Shown: piece after piece, positions 46,198 to 57,172 of the stretch
How positions within the stretch are numbered: position 1 is the first letter of the stretch
Layout: each line of letters opens with the position of its first letter
From: Gemmatimonadales bacterium
Lineage (GTDB): Bacteria; Gemmatimonadota; Gemmatimonadetes; Gemmatimonadales; GWC2-71-9
Direction of reading: 5' to 3'
NCBI GenBank assembly: GCA_041613315.1
Contig: JBFJHJ010000002.1
Location: 55,756-119,755 of the forward strand
Length of the DNA stretch: 64,000 nucleotides
The notes under the pieces: model-generated
What the model was told of the DNA's origin: nothing
Seen by the model: the letters and a program-made list of their open reading frames with translations, nothing else
The model's database searches: none
Made by a program: the position numbers and the translations under genes

Positions 46198-48489
46198 TCA
46201 GGCTCCGCGCGCCGCCCAATCCCCCTCGGGGCGTTGGCGGGCGTCGAGCACCTCCCGGACCGTAGCCGCGAGCTGGTGAATGCTCCATGGCTTCCGCAGG
46301 AACGGCTCGGCGGAGTCCACGATGGGCCCCGAGCCGCGGGGGACGTAGCCGCTCATGAAGAGGACCTTGAGGTCCGGCCGGAATCGGCGCAGTTCCCGGA
46401 GCAGCGCGGGTCCCGTCATCCCTGGCATCACCACGTCGAGCACGGCCAGGTCGATCTCTCCGGCGTGCTGCTGAAAGACTTCCAGTCCCTCGCGCCCGTC
46501 AGTGGCCAGCAGCACGCGATACCCGAGCCGCTCGAGGACCCGCCGGGCAGACCGCCGAATGACCGCTTCGTCTTCTACAACGAGAATCGTTTCCGACCCG
46601 AACGGCATCTCGACCACCTCGGCGGTCTGCACGCTGGCCTTGGCGTCCGCGATCGGCAAGAAGACGGTCACCGACGTGCCCGCCTGGGGTTCGCTGGCCA
46701 CATCGATGAACCCCCCGTGCTGCTTGACGAGTCCGTAGACCATGGACAGGCCGAGGCCGGCGCCGGCTCCCGCGGGCTTCGTGGTGAAGAATGGCTCCAG
46801 CGCTCGCCGCTGCACCTCCGGGGTCATGCCGCGACCGGTATCGGTGAACGTGAGCCGCACGAAGGTGCCGGCGTCGCTCGCGCCATCCAAGGCCTGAAAT
46901 CGCGAATCCAACTCGACGTGTGACAGCTCGAGCCGGATGCGGCCGCCCTGCGGCATCGCGTCGCGTGCGTTGGTCGCGAGATTCACGAGGATCTGCTGGA
47001 TGGCGGCGGCATCCGCTCGGACGAGGGGCAGGTCGTTGTCGCCGTCAAGTTCCACCGCGATCGAGTCCGGGAGCAGACGCCGAAGCAAATCGAGCTGCTG
47101 ACGCACCGCATCGTCGAGGCGCAACGGGACGAGCGCCAGCCGCTCCTGGCGGCTGAAGGCCAAGAGCTTGCGGATCAGCGACGCGCCGCGCCGCGCGGCC
47201 TCACGCAAGTCATCCAGGTTTTCCTGCGCATCCAACCGCAAGGGCGCGGTGGAGGCCGCCAGCAAGTCGGCGTTGGCGAGGATCGCCGTGAGCAGGTTGT
47301 TGAGATCGTGCGCGATCCCACCGCTCAATTGTTCCACGGCCTGGATCTTCTGGGACTGGCGCAGCCGCTCCTCGAGCATGCGCTGGACCGACACGTCCTC
47401 GGCGAACAACTCGAAGCCCAAGACGCGCTTCGCCTCGTCGTCGTGCAACGGCCGTCCGGTGAGCCGCACCGTGATCTGCGCCCCGTCGCGCCGGCGCCAC
47501 TCCATCTCGACACCTTCGATGGTCTCCATGTCGCGGGAGCCATCCACGAGGCGCTGGAACGCTTCGCGGTCGGTGGAGATGTCCCGCAGGGAGAGACCCG
47601 CCACTGCCTCGCGGCTCTCGTACCTCAGCAAGCGCACCAGGGCCGGGTTCGCCGCAATGATCTCGCCATCGGGCGTCGTCCGCAGAATCCCGTGCGTCGC
47701 TCCTTCCACGAGCGACCGATAGGCCTCCTCGGAGCGACGCTGCGCCGCCTCGGTACGCTCAAACCGCCGCACGAGCACCCACGCCCACGATGCCGCACCA
47801 GCCACGAGGAGCACCGCCGCAATCAAGATGACGGCGAACAACGCGCGGCGGAGCCAGCGGCCGCCCTCGCTCAAGGTCTGGGTGAACGCTTCCTCCAGGG
47901 GCGTGAGCTGCGCGTCGACCAGCGCAATCTCGTTCAGCAACCCAGCGATCCGCTCACGATCCGGCGCCCCCACGGCCACCTCGGTATGGAGCTGCTCTGC
48001 CAGCCGCTCCAGTTCGGCGATCAGCAGATCGCCCTGCGCCCAGATCGCGATCGCGCTGTCCACATAGCTCACGGTCCGGAATCGTCGGAACAGCTTCGTC
48101 ATGCCCGGAATGTCGGCCGGATGATTCTTCCCCCCGGCGAGTCCTTCGTAGGCAACTCGCATGTCGGGTCGTCGCTGCTCCAGCTCCAGGCGTGCACGCC
48201 TGTCACTGAGCGGCACCTGGAGGGCCGTGCGATACGCCCGATACAATCGCTCGTCTCCGGTTTCCGCATAGCGGTACAGGTCGATCACCGCCTGTTTTTG
48301 CGATTTGGACCACAGGCTCTCGCCGGCGGCATACGCCCGTAGCCAGCCCTGAATGGTGAGGCCGGTATAGGTGAGATAGAGGACGCACGCCACGACGAAC
48401 ACGAACGCGCTGACGACGAGCCAGACCTGCCGGCGGGCCGACAGGAATCCGTCGGCGCCGGTGCGGAGGTTCGTGCGGGCGTCGCTCAT
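46198..48489 (-). CDS. Membrane hybrid histidine kinase (periplasmic sensor-PAS-HisKA-HATPase-REC)
   Basis: Two TM helices flanking RAYAAGESLWSKSQK; IAHDLNN, NARDAMP, FFTTK, C-terminal receiver domain. Confidence 0.9.
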   Translation of the reverse strand: MSDARTNLRTGADGFLSARRQVWLVVSAFVFVVACVLYLTYTGLTIQGWLRAYAAGESLWSKSQKQAVIDLYRYAETGDERLYRAYRTALQVPLSDRRARLELEQRRPDMRVAYEGLAGGKNHPADIPGMTKLFRRFRTVSYVDSAIAIWAQGDLLIAELERLAEQLHTEVAVGAPDRERIAGLLNEIALVDAQLTPLEEAFTQTLSEGGRWLRRALFAVILIAAVLLVAGAASWAWVLVRRFERTEAAQRRSEEAYRSLVEGATHGILRTTPDGEIIAANPALVRLLRYESREAVAGLSLRDISTDREAFQRLVDGSRDMETIEGVEMEWRRRDGAQITVRLTGRPLHDDEAKRVLGFELFAEDVSVQRMLEERLRQSQKIQAVEQLSGGIAHDLNNLLTAILANADLLAASTAPLRLDAQENLDDLREAARRGASLIRKLLAFSRQERLALVPLRLDDAVRQQLDLLRRLLPDSIAVELDGDNDLPLVRADAAAIQQILVNLATNARDAMPQGGRIRLELSHVELDSRFQALDGASDAGTFVRLTFTDTGRGMTPEVQRRALEPFFTTKPAGAGAGLGLSMVYGLVKQHGGFIDVASEPQAGTSVTVFLPIADAKASVQTAEVVEMPFGSETILVVEDEAVIRRSARRVLERLGYRVLLATDGREGLEVFQQHAGEIDLAVLDVVMPGMTGPALLRELRRFRPDLKVLFMSGYVPRGSGPIVDSAEPFLRKPWSIHQLAATVREVLDARQRPEGDWAARGA

Positions 48490-51400
48490 CGGGGTCGGTC
48501 CAGGACGTCGCGGGCAGCGGCCAGCAGCTCGGGCACCGTCCACGGCTTCCGGAGGAAGGGCATCCCCGGCTCGAGCACCGCCGCCTCGTCGGGCCGGTCG
48601 TCCTGGCGGTATCCGCTCGTGAAGAGAAACGGGAGGGTCTTTCCGGCCTGCCGGACCGCGTCGAATAGTCGCTGCCCACCCACCTTGGGCATGACGAGAT
48701 CGGTGATCACGAGATCCACTTGCTCCTCCTCCTCGAGCAAGATCCGCAGTGCTTCCTCACCATCCTCCGCGAGCAGCACACGATAGCCGTGTCGCTCGAG
48801 CGCGCGGCGTGCGGCGCGCCGAATGACCGCGAAGTCCTCCACCACGAGAATGGTCTCGGTTCCGCCCCGCACGACCGAGGCCTGCGGTGCTCGAATATCG
48901 GTCGGCGCTTCGTCGGTGGCGGGCAGGAAGACGCGCACGGTGGTGCCGTGGCCGGCCGCGCTCTCGACCTCGACGAACCCGCCGTGTTGTCGAACGAGTC
49001 CATAGATCATCGCCATGCCGAGACCAGTGCCCTGGCCCGGGGGCTTGGTCGTGAAGAACGGCTCGAAGATCCTCGCTCGCGTCGTTTCGTCCATGCCCAC
49101 GCCCGTATCCGCGACTGACAGACACACGAAACTTCCCAACGGTGTCAGGCCGTACGCTTCGAGGCGTGGAGCCTCCACCCTGGTTTCGCTGACATCGATC
49201 GTGAGGGTGCCGCCCCGCGGCATGGCGTCGCGGGCATTCGTCGCCAAGTTGAGCAGGATCTGCTCCACCGCACCCGGGTCGGCGAGCACGGCGGGGACCG
49301 GCTGATCACTCTGGAGACGTACATCGATGTGTTCGGGGATGACGCGCCGCAGCATCGCGGCCGACTCCTTGAGCAGCGTCCCCAGGCTGATGGGACGGAA
49401 GGCGAGCGCACCGCGTCGGCTGAACGAGAGCAACTTGCGGATCATGTCGGCGCCGCGCCGGGCCGCCACCTTCAGGTCCTCGACGTCGCCGCGGAGGGCG
49501 GTCAGCTCCGCCGGCAGATGCGCCTCGATCAGGTCGGCGTTCGAGAGGATGACCGTGAGCAGGTTATTGAAATCATGCGCGATCCCGCTGGTGAGCTGGC
49601 CAACCGCTTCGAGCTTCTGGGCCTGCCGCAACTGGGCTTCGAGTGCACGTCGCTCGGTGATGTCGTTGATCAGTGCCAGCAGGTACGGTTCGCCACCCAG
49701 CTCGATCCGCTCTGCGGAGTAGAGACCGATCCGGCGATCGCCGCTCCTGGTCCGGAACTCCAGTTCCTCGTTGGTCACCGACCCGTCCCGCCGCACCTTC
49801 TCGAGCGCCGCGCGACCATCGTCGGGGTCGTCCCAGATCCCGAACTCGCCCATGGGACGACCGATCAGCTCGTCGCGACGGTATCCGAACGTGTGGAGGA
49901 AACTCGCGTTGACTTCAACGAAGATGCCGTCCTGCAACGTCATGATCACCATGGGCGAGGGGCTCGCGTCGAAGGCGCCCGCGAACTTCGCTTCCGAGGC
50001 ACGGAGGGCGGCCTCCGCGCGCTTGCGCTCGGTGACGTCACGGGCGATGCCGAGCACGCGGCCGTCCGGCAAGAGCTTGAGGCTGATCTCGGCCTGGATC
50101 GGCGTGCCGTCCTTCCGGAGCAGCGTCCGCTCGTCCACGACGCTCTGACCCACGGTCAATCGGTCGAGACGCATGGGCGGGCCGCCGGCCGGCAACAACT
50201 CGACGATGCGGCGCCCAAGCAACTCGGAGCAATCGTATCCGAGTCCGGTGCAAGCACGGGGATTGACGTCCAGCAGCTCACCGGTCGCGTGATCGAAGAT
50301 GAAGATCCCATCCGACGCCTGCTCGACGACCGTTCGGTAGCGCTCCTCGCTCCGGCCCAGAGCTTCTTCGGCCGTCTTCCGGTCCGTGAGGTCCAGCATC
50401 GCCCCGAGCTTGCGGAGCGGCCGGCCGGCCTCGTCGCGCACCACGAAGGCGCGATCGTACACCGTCGCGTAGGTCCCGTCCTTGCGTCGGAACCGGTATT
50501 CGCCAGCCCACTCGGTCCCGCCCTCGTCGACGAGCGCCTGCATCTCCGATCGCACCCGCTCGCGGTCCTCGGGATGAATCTGCGCGAGCCAGCCCTCGTC
50601 GGTGGCCGGCAGCTCGCCCTCCGCGTATCCGAAAAACCGGCCAAATCCCTCGCCCCACCACGCCTCGCCCGTGACCAGATCGTGGTCCCACAACGCCTCG
50701 TTCGTGGCTCGGGCGATGAACCGGAAGCGCTCCTCGCTCGCCCGCAGCGCCTCCTCCGCCTCACGCCGCTCAGAGATGTCCACCAGTGCCCCGACGAGTC
50801 GAACGGCGCGCCCCGATTCGTCCCGCATGATCGACGCGCGGTCGAGGACTATGGCGTAGTCACCGTCGCTCCGGCGGAAGCGGTACTCGACCGCCCACTC
50901 CGGATCCCCGCGGTCGATCGCCGCCCACGTCTCGGTGAGGACGCCGTCGCGGTCGTCCGGGTGCACGCGCCCCTCCCAGAACGCCACCTTCCCCCCGGTC
51001 TCCGCGGGGGTGTAGCCGAAGAGCCGCCGCAGGCCCTCACCCCACCACACCCGGCCCGTGGTCATGTCGAGGTCCCAGACGGCCTCGTTCAGGGCGTCGG
51101 CGACCGTGCGGAACCGTTGCTCGCTCGAAGCGAGCGCTTCTTCCGCCAGCTTCCGTTGGGTAATGTCCTGCATCTGGGAGACGAAGTAGAGCGGCTTGCC
51201 ATCCTCGCCAAGGTGAAGCGAGACCTTGAGGATCGCCCAGATCAGGTGGCCCTGCTTGTGGACGTAGCGCTTCTCCTGTTCGAACGTGCTGATTTCCCCG
51301 CTCCGAAGCCGACCGAGGGCCTCGACGCTCGCCTCGAGATCGTCGGGATGTGTGAGGTCCTGGAACGACCGCGCCCGCATCTCCTCCTCCGTATAGCCGA

Positions 51401-53582
51401 GCGCGTCGCACCAGGTCCGGTTGACGCGTAGCATGCGCCCGTCGATGTCGACCAGCGCGATCCCGATGGGCGCGTCCTCAAACGCCGAGCGGAACCGCTC
51501 CTCGCTCTGCCGTAACGCCGCCGCGGACTTTTGGATCGATTCCGCCGCCGCGCGGCGCTCGGTCACGTCGCGGAAGTTCCCGATGATCGCGTGCACGGCC
51601 GGATCGTGCAGCAGGTTGGTGCCGGCCGCCTCCAGCCAGCGCCACGTCCCGTCTTTGTGCTGCGCCCGGATCTCCATCGTCTCCGTGTGACCGGGCGTCG
51701 CCACCACCGCCCGGAATCGGTCGAACACCAGCTCCAAGTCGTCCGGGTGTACGAACTCGAAGATCCGACCGCCGGCGAATTCCTCGGCGTCGTACCCCAT
51801 GACCTTGGTCACGGACTCCGTACCCCATTCGATCACGCCGCTCTCGTCCAGCAACAGGAACACGTCCCAGGCGTTCTCCGCGAGCCGCCGGAACCGTCGC
51901 TCGCTTCGCCGGAGTGCCAGCTCCGCCCCCTTCCGCTCGGTCACATCCGCCAGAACCGCGAGCACGTGCGGGCGGCCGTCGAGGTCCAACAGCTCCGCCG
52001 AGAGTGAGCCGACCCGCACCTCACCGGTCTTCGTCGCCACCTCGATCTCGAGATCCTGGACGCGCCCCTCGGTCTCCAGCAGGTGCACGACGCGGTCGCG
52101 GGCTTCGTGGCTCCGCCACAATCCCAACTCTCCTGCGGTGCGGCCGCGCGCTTCGGCGAGCAGAAACCCAAACGTCTTGACGAAGCTCTCGTTCGCGTCC
52201 ACCCACCGCCCGTCCGGGAACGAGATGATCGCCATCGGCGACGGGCTCGCCATGAACGCGAGCCCGAACTTCTTCTCTGAGGCCCGCAGGGCCCGATCCG
52301 CCTGGCGCCGTTCCAGCTCGGCGGCGGCCCGCGCCGCCATGAATTCCAGGGCCGTCGTAGCAAGTCCTTCGTCGCGCAGGGGCTTGCGATCGAGCAGCAC
52401 CAAGATGCCGAGCGGCTGGCCCGCCGCCCCGAAGAGCGGCGTCCCGATGTAGCTCTCGGCACCCATCGCCCGGAGCAGCACGTCTCGTGGAAACAGCGAT
52501 TGTACGTCCCGCGCGTAGGCGCACGTCCGCCGTCCGGCCACGCTGGCGCACGGGGTGCCCTCGAGGGCGTAATCGATGTTGTCCAGGATATCGCTACCGT
52601 TCGCGACGGCGATCGTCCGCACCCGCTCGGTGCCGGGCCCGTCGGGCACCAGCTCGCCAACCAGAGCGTACTGCATGTCAAGCGCGCGGGTCAGATTGAG
52701 GACGATGCTCCGGAAGAAGGCGTCGCCGGTCGCGGCATTCGCGCCCTCGGTCAGAAGCCGCAGGGTCTCTTGTGTGCGGCGGCGGTCGGTCACGTCGTGC
52801 CCAACACCCACCACGGTGCCATCGGGCCCGGACGCGTCGTGCCACTCGAGCCATCGAGGCTCGCCGTTCTTGTGACAGACTTCGGTCTGATAGGGGTCCG
52901 CGGAGATCGGCTCCGTGCCGCGGGCGTGCCGCGCCGTGCGTTCCCGAATCACCTGTCGCACCACCGGGTCCGGCCGAGTCAGCTGCCACCACCCGTCGTC
53001 GAGCACCTCGTCCGGCTCATAGCCCAGGATGGTCTTGACCGACGGGCTGACATGGACGATCCGGCCGTCCTGGTCGGCCACCAGCACGAGGTCGCTAATG
53101 GACTGCAGCAGGACGCCCGAGAGCCGCTGCCGCGACGCATGTGTCGGGGTGGTCTCCGGTCCCTCGGCCTCCGCCCGCCGCTTGGATGCCACCCGCGCCC
53201 GGGGTCTCGCCCGGCCGCCGCTCGCCGCCAGATCGCCGAGAATCTCGGTCACGTCGGCGAACTCGTGGGACTTGTCAAGGAAATAGTCCGCTCCCTCGGC
53301 AAGCGCCTTCTCCCGGTATTGGGCGTAGGCGTAGTTCGTGAGCACGATCACAGCTGGCGGCCGCTCCGTCGCCTTCGCCGCATGGAGTACGGCAAAGCCG
53401 TCGACCTCGGGCATCCCGAGATCGACGATCACGACGTCGGGCGCGAGCGTGGACAGCAGTTCGATCGCCTCGCGGCCGCCGGAGGCCTCCCCCACCACCT
53501 TCACCTCCTCCAGCTCCCCCAACTGAGCGGCGAGGCGCTGGCGCACCACCCGGGAGTCGTCCGCGACAAGGACCCGTAGCAT
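48486..53582 (-). CDS. Large cytoplasmic hybrid kinase REC-PAS-GAF-7xPAS-HisKA-HATPase-REC
   Basis: N-terminal VADDS..DLGMP; eight PAS/PAC units ending D[IVL][TS][EDQ]R; GAF with GTPC; IAHDFNN; C-terminal DLVMP. Confidence 0.92.
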   Translation of the reverse strand: MLRVLVADDSRVVRQRLAAQLGELEEVKVVGEASGGREAIELLSTLAPDVVIVDLGMPEVDGFAVLHAAKATERPPAVIVLTNYAYAQYREKALAEGADYFLDKSHEFADVTEILGDLAASGGRARPRARVASKRRAEAEGPETTPTHASRQRLSGVLLQSISDLVLVADQDGRIVHVSPSVKTILGYEPDEVLDDGWWQLTRPDPVVRQVIRERTARHARGTEPISADPYQTEVCHKNGEPRWLEWHDASGPDGTVVGVGHDVTDRRRTQETLRLLTEGANAATGDAFFRSIVLNLTRALDMQYALVGELVPDGPGTERVRTIAVANGSDILDNIDYALEGTPCASVAGRRTCAYARDVQSLFPRDVLLRAMGAESYIGTPLFGAAGQPLGILVLLDRKPLRDEGLATTALEFMAARAAAELERRQADRALRASEKKFGLAFMASPSPMAIISFPDGRWVDANESFVKTFGFLLAEARGRTAGELGLWRSHEARDRVVHLLETEGRVQDLEIEVATKTGEVRVGSLSAELLDLDGRPHVLAVLADVTERKGAELALRRSERRFRRLAENAWDVFLLLDESGVIEWGTESVTKVMGYDAEEFAGGRIFEFVHPDDLELVFDRFRAVVATPGHTETMEIRAQHKDGTWRWLEAAGTNLLHDPAVHAIIGNFRDVTERRAAAESIQKSAAALRQSEERFRSAFEDAPIGIALVDIDGRMLRVNRTWCDALGYTEEEMRARSFQDLTHPDDLEASVEALGRLRSGEISTFEQEKRYVHKQGHLIWAILKVSLHLGEDGKPLYFVSQMQDITQRKLAEEALASSEQRFRTVADALNEAVWDLDMTTGRVWWGEGLRRLFGYTPAETGGKVAFWEGRVHPDDRDGVLTETWAAIDRGDPEWAVEYRFRRSDGDYAIVLDRASIMRDESGRAVRLVGALVDISERREAEEALRASEERFRFIARATNEALWDHDLVTGEAWWGEGFGRFFGYAEGELPATDEGWLAQIHPEDRERVRSEMQALVDEGGTEWAGEYRFRRKDGTYATVYDRAFVVRDEAGRPLRKLGAMLDLTDRKTAEEALGRSEERYRTVVEQASDGIFIFDHATGELLDVNPRACTGLGYDCSELLGRRIVELLPAGGPPMRLDRLTVGQSVVDERTLLRKDGTPIQAEISLKLLPDGRVLGIARDVTERKRAEAALRASEAKFAGAFDASPSPMVIMTLQDGIFVEVNASFLHTFGYRRDELIGRPMGEFGIWDDPDDGRAALEKVRRDGSVTNEELEFRTRSGDRRIGLYSAERIELGGEPYLLALINDITERRALEAQLRQAQKLEAVGQLTSGIAHDFNNLLTVILSNADLIEAHLPAELTALRGDVEDLKVAARRGADMIRKLLSFSRRGALAFRPISLGTLLKESAAMLRRVIPEHIDVRLQSDQPVPAVLADPGAVEQILLNLATNARDAMPRGGTLTIDVSETRVEAPRLEAYGLTPLGSFVCLSVADTGVGMDETTRARIFEPFFTTKPPGQGTGLGMAMIYGLVRQHGGFVEVESAAGHGTTVRVFLPATDEAPTDIRAPQASVVRGGTETILVVEDFAVIRRAARRALERHGYRVLLAEDGEEALRILLEEEEQVDLVITDLVMPKVGGQRLFDAVRQAGKTLPFLFTSGYRQDDRPDEAAVLEPGMPFLRKPWTVPELLAAARDVLDRPR

Positions 53583-53639
53583 GGCGACCAAGGTGGCGCG
53601 CGTGCCCTGCGTGGGGTATCGGCAGGAAGCGACCACAAG

Positions 53640-53680
53640 TGTAGGAATCGCCTCACTCCTCCTGTAGGACGATTCCTATC
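53640..53680. promoter_or_regulatory. Tandem candidate LuxR/NarL-family (GacA-box-like) operators
   Basis: TGTAGGAATCGCCTCACT (53640-53657) and TGTAGGACGATTCCTATC (53663-53680; TAGGA-N4-TCCTA palindrome). Confidence 0.5.
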
Positions 53681-53691
53681 GTCGTGGAGGA

Positions 53692-54327
53692 CTAGCGGTC
53701 GATCAGCCCGTGCTCCACCGCGTAGCGGACCAGCTCCGCGGTCGTCGCCAGACCGAGCTTCTGGAGGATGCGCGTGCGGTACGTGCTTACCGTCTTGGGG
53801 CTGAGCGAGAGGGCCCGCGCCACGTCGCCCACCGTTTTCCCGGAGCCCAGGAGCCGCATAACCTCGAACTCCCGATCCGAGAGCGCCTCGTGACCCGCCG
53901 AGAGCGTCGGATCGCCGAGGGATTCCGCGAGCCGCTCCGCCAGCGACGCGCTCACAAACCGGCCACCCCCCGCTACGCGCCGGACCGCCGCGAGCAGTTC
54001 TTCCGGCGAGCGGTCCTTGGTCAGATAGCCCGACGCGCCGGCCTTCAAGGCACGGAGGGCGAACTGATCTTCGGTGTGGACGCTCAAGACCAGCACCGCT
54101 GGCGGCTTCGCGATGTGCCGCGCGGCCGCCAGGACGTGCATGAACCCTGGGCCCGGCATCCCGATGTCCAGGACGACCACATCGACGTCAGCGCCGCTGA
54201 TGCGCTCCACGACGGCGTGACCGTCAGCGACCTGCGCGACGACCTCGACGTCGGGCGCCTCCGCCAGGATGCGAGCGATGCCAGCCCGCACGACGGAGTG
54301 GTCGTCCGCTAAGAGCACCCGGATCAC
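53692..54327 (-). CDS. NarL/UvrY-family response regulator (REC + LuxR HTH)
   Basis: LADDHSVVR, DIGMP, LSDREFEV, LSPKTVSTYRTRI. Confidence 0.95.
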   Translation of the reverse strand: MIRVLLADDHSVVRAGIARILAEAPDVEVVAQVADGHAVVERISGADVDVVVLDIGMPGPGFMHVLAAARHIAKPPAVLVLSVHTEDQFALRALKAGASGYLTKDRSPEELLAAVRRVAGGGRFVSASLAERLAESLGDPTLSAGHEALSDREFEVMRLLGSGKTVGDVARALSLSPKTVSTYRTRILQKLGLATTAELVRYAVEHGLIDR

Positions 54328-57092
54328 CGCGCAACCTCGCCGGACGAGCGGGGGCGCGGGATCCGGGCCGTGACCCGCGTCCCGCCCTCCTCGAGCCGGG
54401 CGATCTCCAACTCGCCGCCCCACAGTGCCGCGCGCTCGCGCATGCCCGAAATCCCCAACCCACCGGTGTCGCCGTGCTCGTGCGAGATACCGCGCCCGTC
54501 GTCGCGCACATCCAGGATCACCACGCCGTGGCGTACGGCGAACGACACGTCGACATGCCGAGCGTCCGCATGCCGGGCCACGTTCGTGAGCGCCTCCTGG
54601 AGGATCCGGAACACCGTCGTCGTCCGCCCATCATCGAGGTCCGGCTGGCGGGTGCCGATCTGCACCGTGGTGCGGACGCCGGTGCGCCGCTCGAATTCCT
54701 CCGCCTGCCACTCGATGGCGGCCACCAGCCCGAGGTCATCGAGTACTCCCGGGCGGAGATCGGTGGCGATGCGGCGTACCGTCTCGACCGTCTCGTCGAC
54801 GAGAAGCCGCATCGCCCTGAGGCGTTCAATGGTTGCGCCCCCCTTCTTGGACGCGCGCGAGGCGAGCCAAGCAACGTCCATCTTGAGTGCCGTCAGGGCC
54901 TGCCCCAGCTCATCATGGATCTCGCGGGCGACCGCCGTCCGCTCTTCTTCTCGCACCGCCAGCAGGCGGCGTGCCAGCTCTCGAAGCTGCTCACGGGACT
55001 CCCGGAGCACCCGCTCCGCCTGATGGCGCTCGGTTATATCACGGTAGTTCAGCACGATCGACCCCACGCTGGGATCGTCCAGCAGGTTGGTGACGACAGC
55101 CTCCACCCAACGCCAGGAGCCGTTGCGGTGACGCGCCCGTACCTCGAGCGTGGTCGTCTTGCCCGGCTGCTCTTGCAGTTCACGAAGGGCGGTCTCGGCC
55201 GCCGCCCGATGGTCGGCCGACATCAACTCGAACAGCGGCCGGCCCACGAGCTCGCGAGGGGCATAGCCCAACATTCGACGCGCGGACTCGCTGGCGAAAT
55301 GGATCGTGCCACCGGCGTCTACCAGCACAATGCCGTCCCACGCCCGCTCGACGAGTCGCCGGAACCGTTCCTCGCTCGCCCGAAGCGCCCGCTCGGCGGC
55401 CTTGGTGTACGTGACGTCGCGCTGGATCGCGACGTAATAGAGTACCTCCCCGTCGTCCCCGCGAATCGGGGAGATATCACGCCACTCCAAGTCGAACGGC
55501 GTTCCGTCTCTCCGATAGTTCACGACCTGACCGGAAAACGAAGACCCGGCGGCGAGCGTCTGCTTGAGGCGGTTGAGCGTCGCGCGATCGGTGGCCGGAC
55601 CCTGTAGGATCCGCGGGGTCTTGCCCAGCACTTCGGCCGCCGGATACCCCGTAAGCGACTCGAACGCCGGATTCACGTACACGATTTTCGGCCCCGGCGG
55701 CTCGAGTTGCGACGTGGTGATGACCACGGCTTCCTTCGCCTGCTCCACGGCGGCGGCGAACAACCGGAGCTGCTCCTCGACTTGGCGCCGGCCGCTGGTA
55801 TCCGCCGAGACGCTCACGTTGCCTACCACGGTGCCGTCCCCGTCATGGATCGGCGAGGTCGTGAGACGTACCGTGATCTCCGAGCCATCCCGGCGATGCA
55901 GTCGGCATTCCCCCGACCACCCCTCACCCCGGGCCAGCCGGTCAATTACCTCCCTCGTTCGCTGTTGTTCCCCGATCGGCACGACGACGTCGGTGATCGT
56001 CCGGCCCAGCACTTCGGTCGCCTTCCATCCGTACAGCCGCTCGGCGAACGCGTTCCAATACGTGATGCGGCCCGCGGTATCGGTCGAGATCACCGCTTCC
56101 TCGACCGCGTCGAGGAGCCCTGCCTGAAAACGAATCTGCTCCGCCCCCGACGCCGCTTCGTTCTCCACAGCGCGATTCCAAACCACAGCCAGCGCGACAC
56201 CACCGAGCACGAGCAACGCGAGCAACAAGAGGCTGGCTCCGGTGACCAGGTCCCACGAGCTCAAGGCGTCACCGACCAGCGCCTGAACCGTCGGGTCGCC
56301 GTCTGCGGTCACCGCCGCGCGCAGTCGCGCGCGGCCCAACCCGGTCGCTCCCCAGACGAACCCGGCAACCGCGAGGCCGCCAACCACGACGGACCCCACC
56401 ACCCAGTGGAATGACGTGGGGGGGTGCGGCGTCGGCCCGAGCCACTCCTGCTTCGTCCGCTCGATCCGGCCGCTCACCAGGGCCAAGACGGGCGCGTTGA
56501 CGAGGAGCGCTTGCAGCAACGCTCCAACCCACCAACCTTCCCAGATGGTCAGGGTGTCGAAGACTGAGAGCCCGCCGGCGCGGCTCCAGATGAGCGCCCC
56601 GGTCGACCCTGCAAGCGCACTCACGAACGCCACCGTCACGTACCACAACGCGCTCGGCAGGGAGCGGAGATCGTAGCGCACGGTGACCGCGCGATAGGCG
56701 AGGGCGATCACGGCGAGCCCGATAGGGTCGGCCAGCGCGAACAGCGCCGCAAGGCCCACGCTCATGCCGTGTTGTAGGCCGATGATCAGCGTGGCGACGT
56801 ACGCGGGAAGGAACCCCCACTCCAGACCGAGCCAGAAGACGAGCCAGGTGCAGATGATGAGCGGGGGGTAGATCGTGAGGGCGATGTCGACCCTCCCGAC
56901 CCGCACCAGCATGCCGGTCCAGTCTTGGATCGGCAGCAAGAGGCCCGACGCCACCGCCACCGCGGCGGCCCCGGCCCACCCCAGCAGCAGATATCGAACC
57001 CGCCGGTCGCCGAGTCCGCGGCTCCGGAGGAGCAGCAGCAACGGCACCGGACGCCAGCGAGGCACGGGATCGGCCGAGGCGTGCGGGATCAT
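54324..57092 (-). CDS. Membrane sensor kinase (MASE1-like TMs, 3 PAS, HisKA_3)
   Basis: Multi-TM N-terminus; AREIHDELGQ, QEALTNVARHA, DDGRG, GMRERA. Confidence 0.9.
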   Translation of the reverse strand: MIPHASADPVPRWRPVPLLLLLRSRGLGDRRVRYLLLGWAGAAAVAVASGLLLPIQDWTGMLVRVGRVDIALTIYPPLIICTWLVFWLGLEWGFLPAYVATLIIGLQHGMSVGLAALFALADPIGLAVIALAYRAVTVRYDLRSLPSALWYVTVAFVSALAGSTGALIWSRAGGLSVFDTLTIWEGWWVGALLQALLVNAPVLALVSGRIERTKQEWLGPTPHPPTSFHWVVGSVVVGGLAVAGFVWGATGLGRARLRAAVTADGDPTVQALVGDALSSWDLVTGASLLLLALLVLGGVALAVVWNRAVENEAASGAEQIRFQAGLLDAVEEAVISTDTAGRITYWNAFAERLYGWKATEVLGRTITDVVVPIGEQQRTREVIDRLARGEGWSGECRLHRRDGSEITVRLTTSPIHDGDGTVVGNVSVSADTSGRRQVEEQLRLFAAAVEQAKEAVVITTSQLEPPGPKIVYVNPAFESLTGYPAAEVLGKTPRILQGPATDRATLNRLKQTLAAGSSFSGQVVNYRRDGTPFDLEWRDISPIRGDDGEVLYYVAIQRDVTYTKAAERALRASEERFRRLVERAWDGIVLVDAGGTIHFASESARRMLGYAPRELVGRPLFELMSADHRAAAETALRELQEQPGKTTTLEVRARHRNGSWRWVEAVVTNLLDDPSVGSIVLNYRDITERHQAERVLRESREQLRELARRLLAVREEERTAVAREIHDELGQALTALKMDVAWLASRASKKGGATIERLRAMRLLVDETVETVRRIATDLRPGVLDDLGLVAAIEWQAEEFERRTGVRTTVQIGTRQPDLDDGRTTTVFRILQEALTNVARHADARHVDVSFAVRHGVVILDVRDDGRGISHEHGDTGGLGISGMRERAALWGGELEIARLEEGGTRVTARIPRPRSSGEVAR

Positions 57093-57172
57093 ATTAATAC
57101 GTTGGGGCGTGCCCAGCGAAAGCGCGCCCCCGCGTTCCTCCGGCTCCCAAGTCTACCGGGAGACCACGCGGT

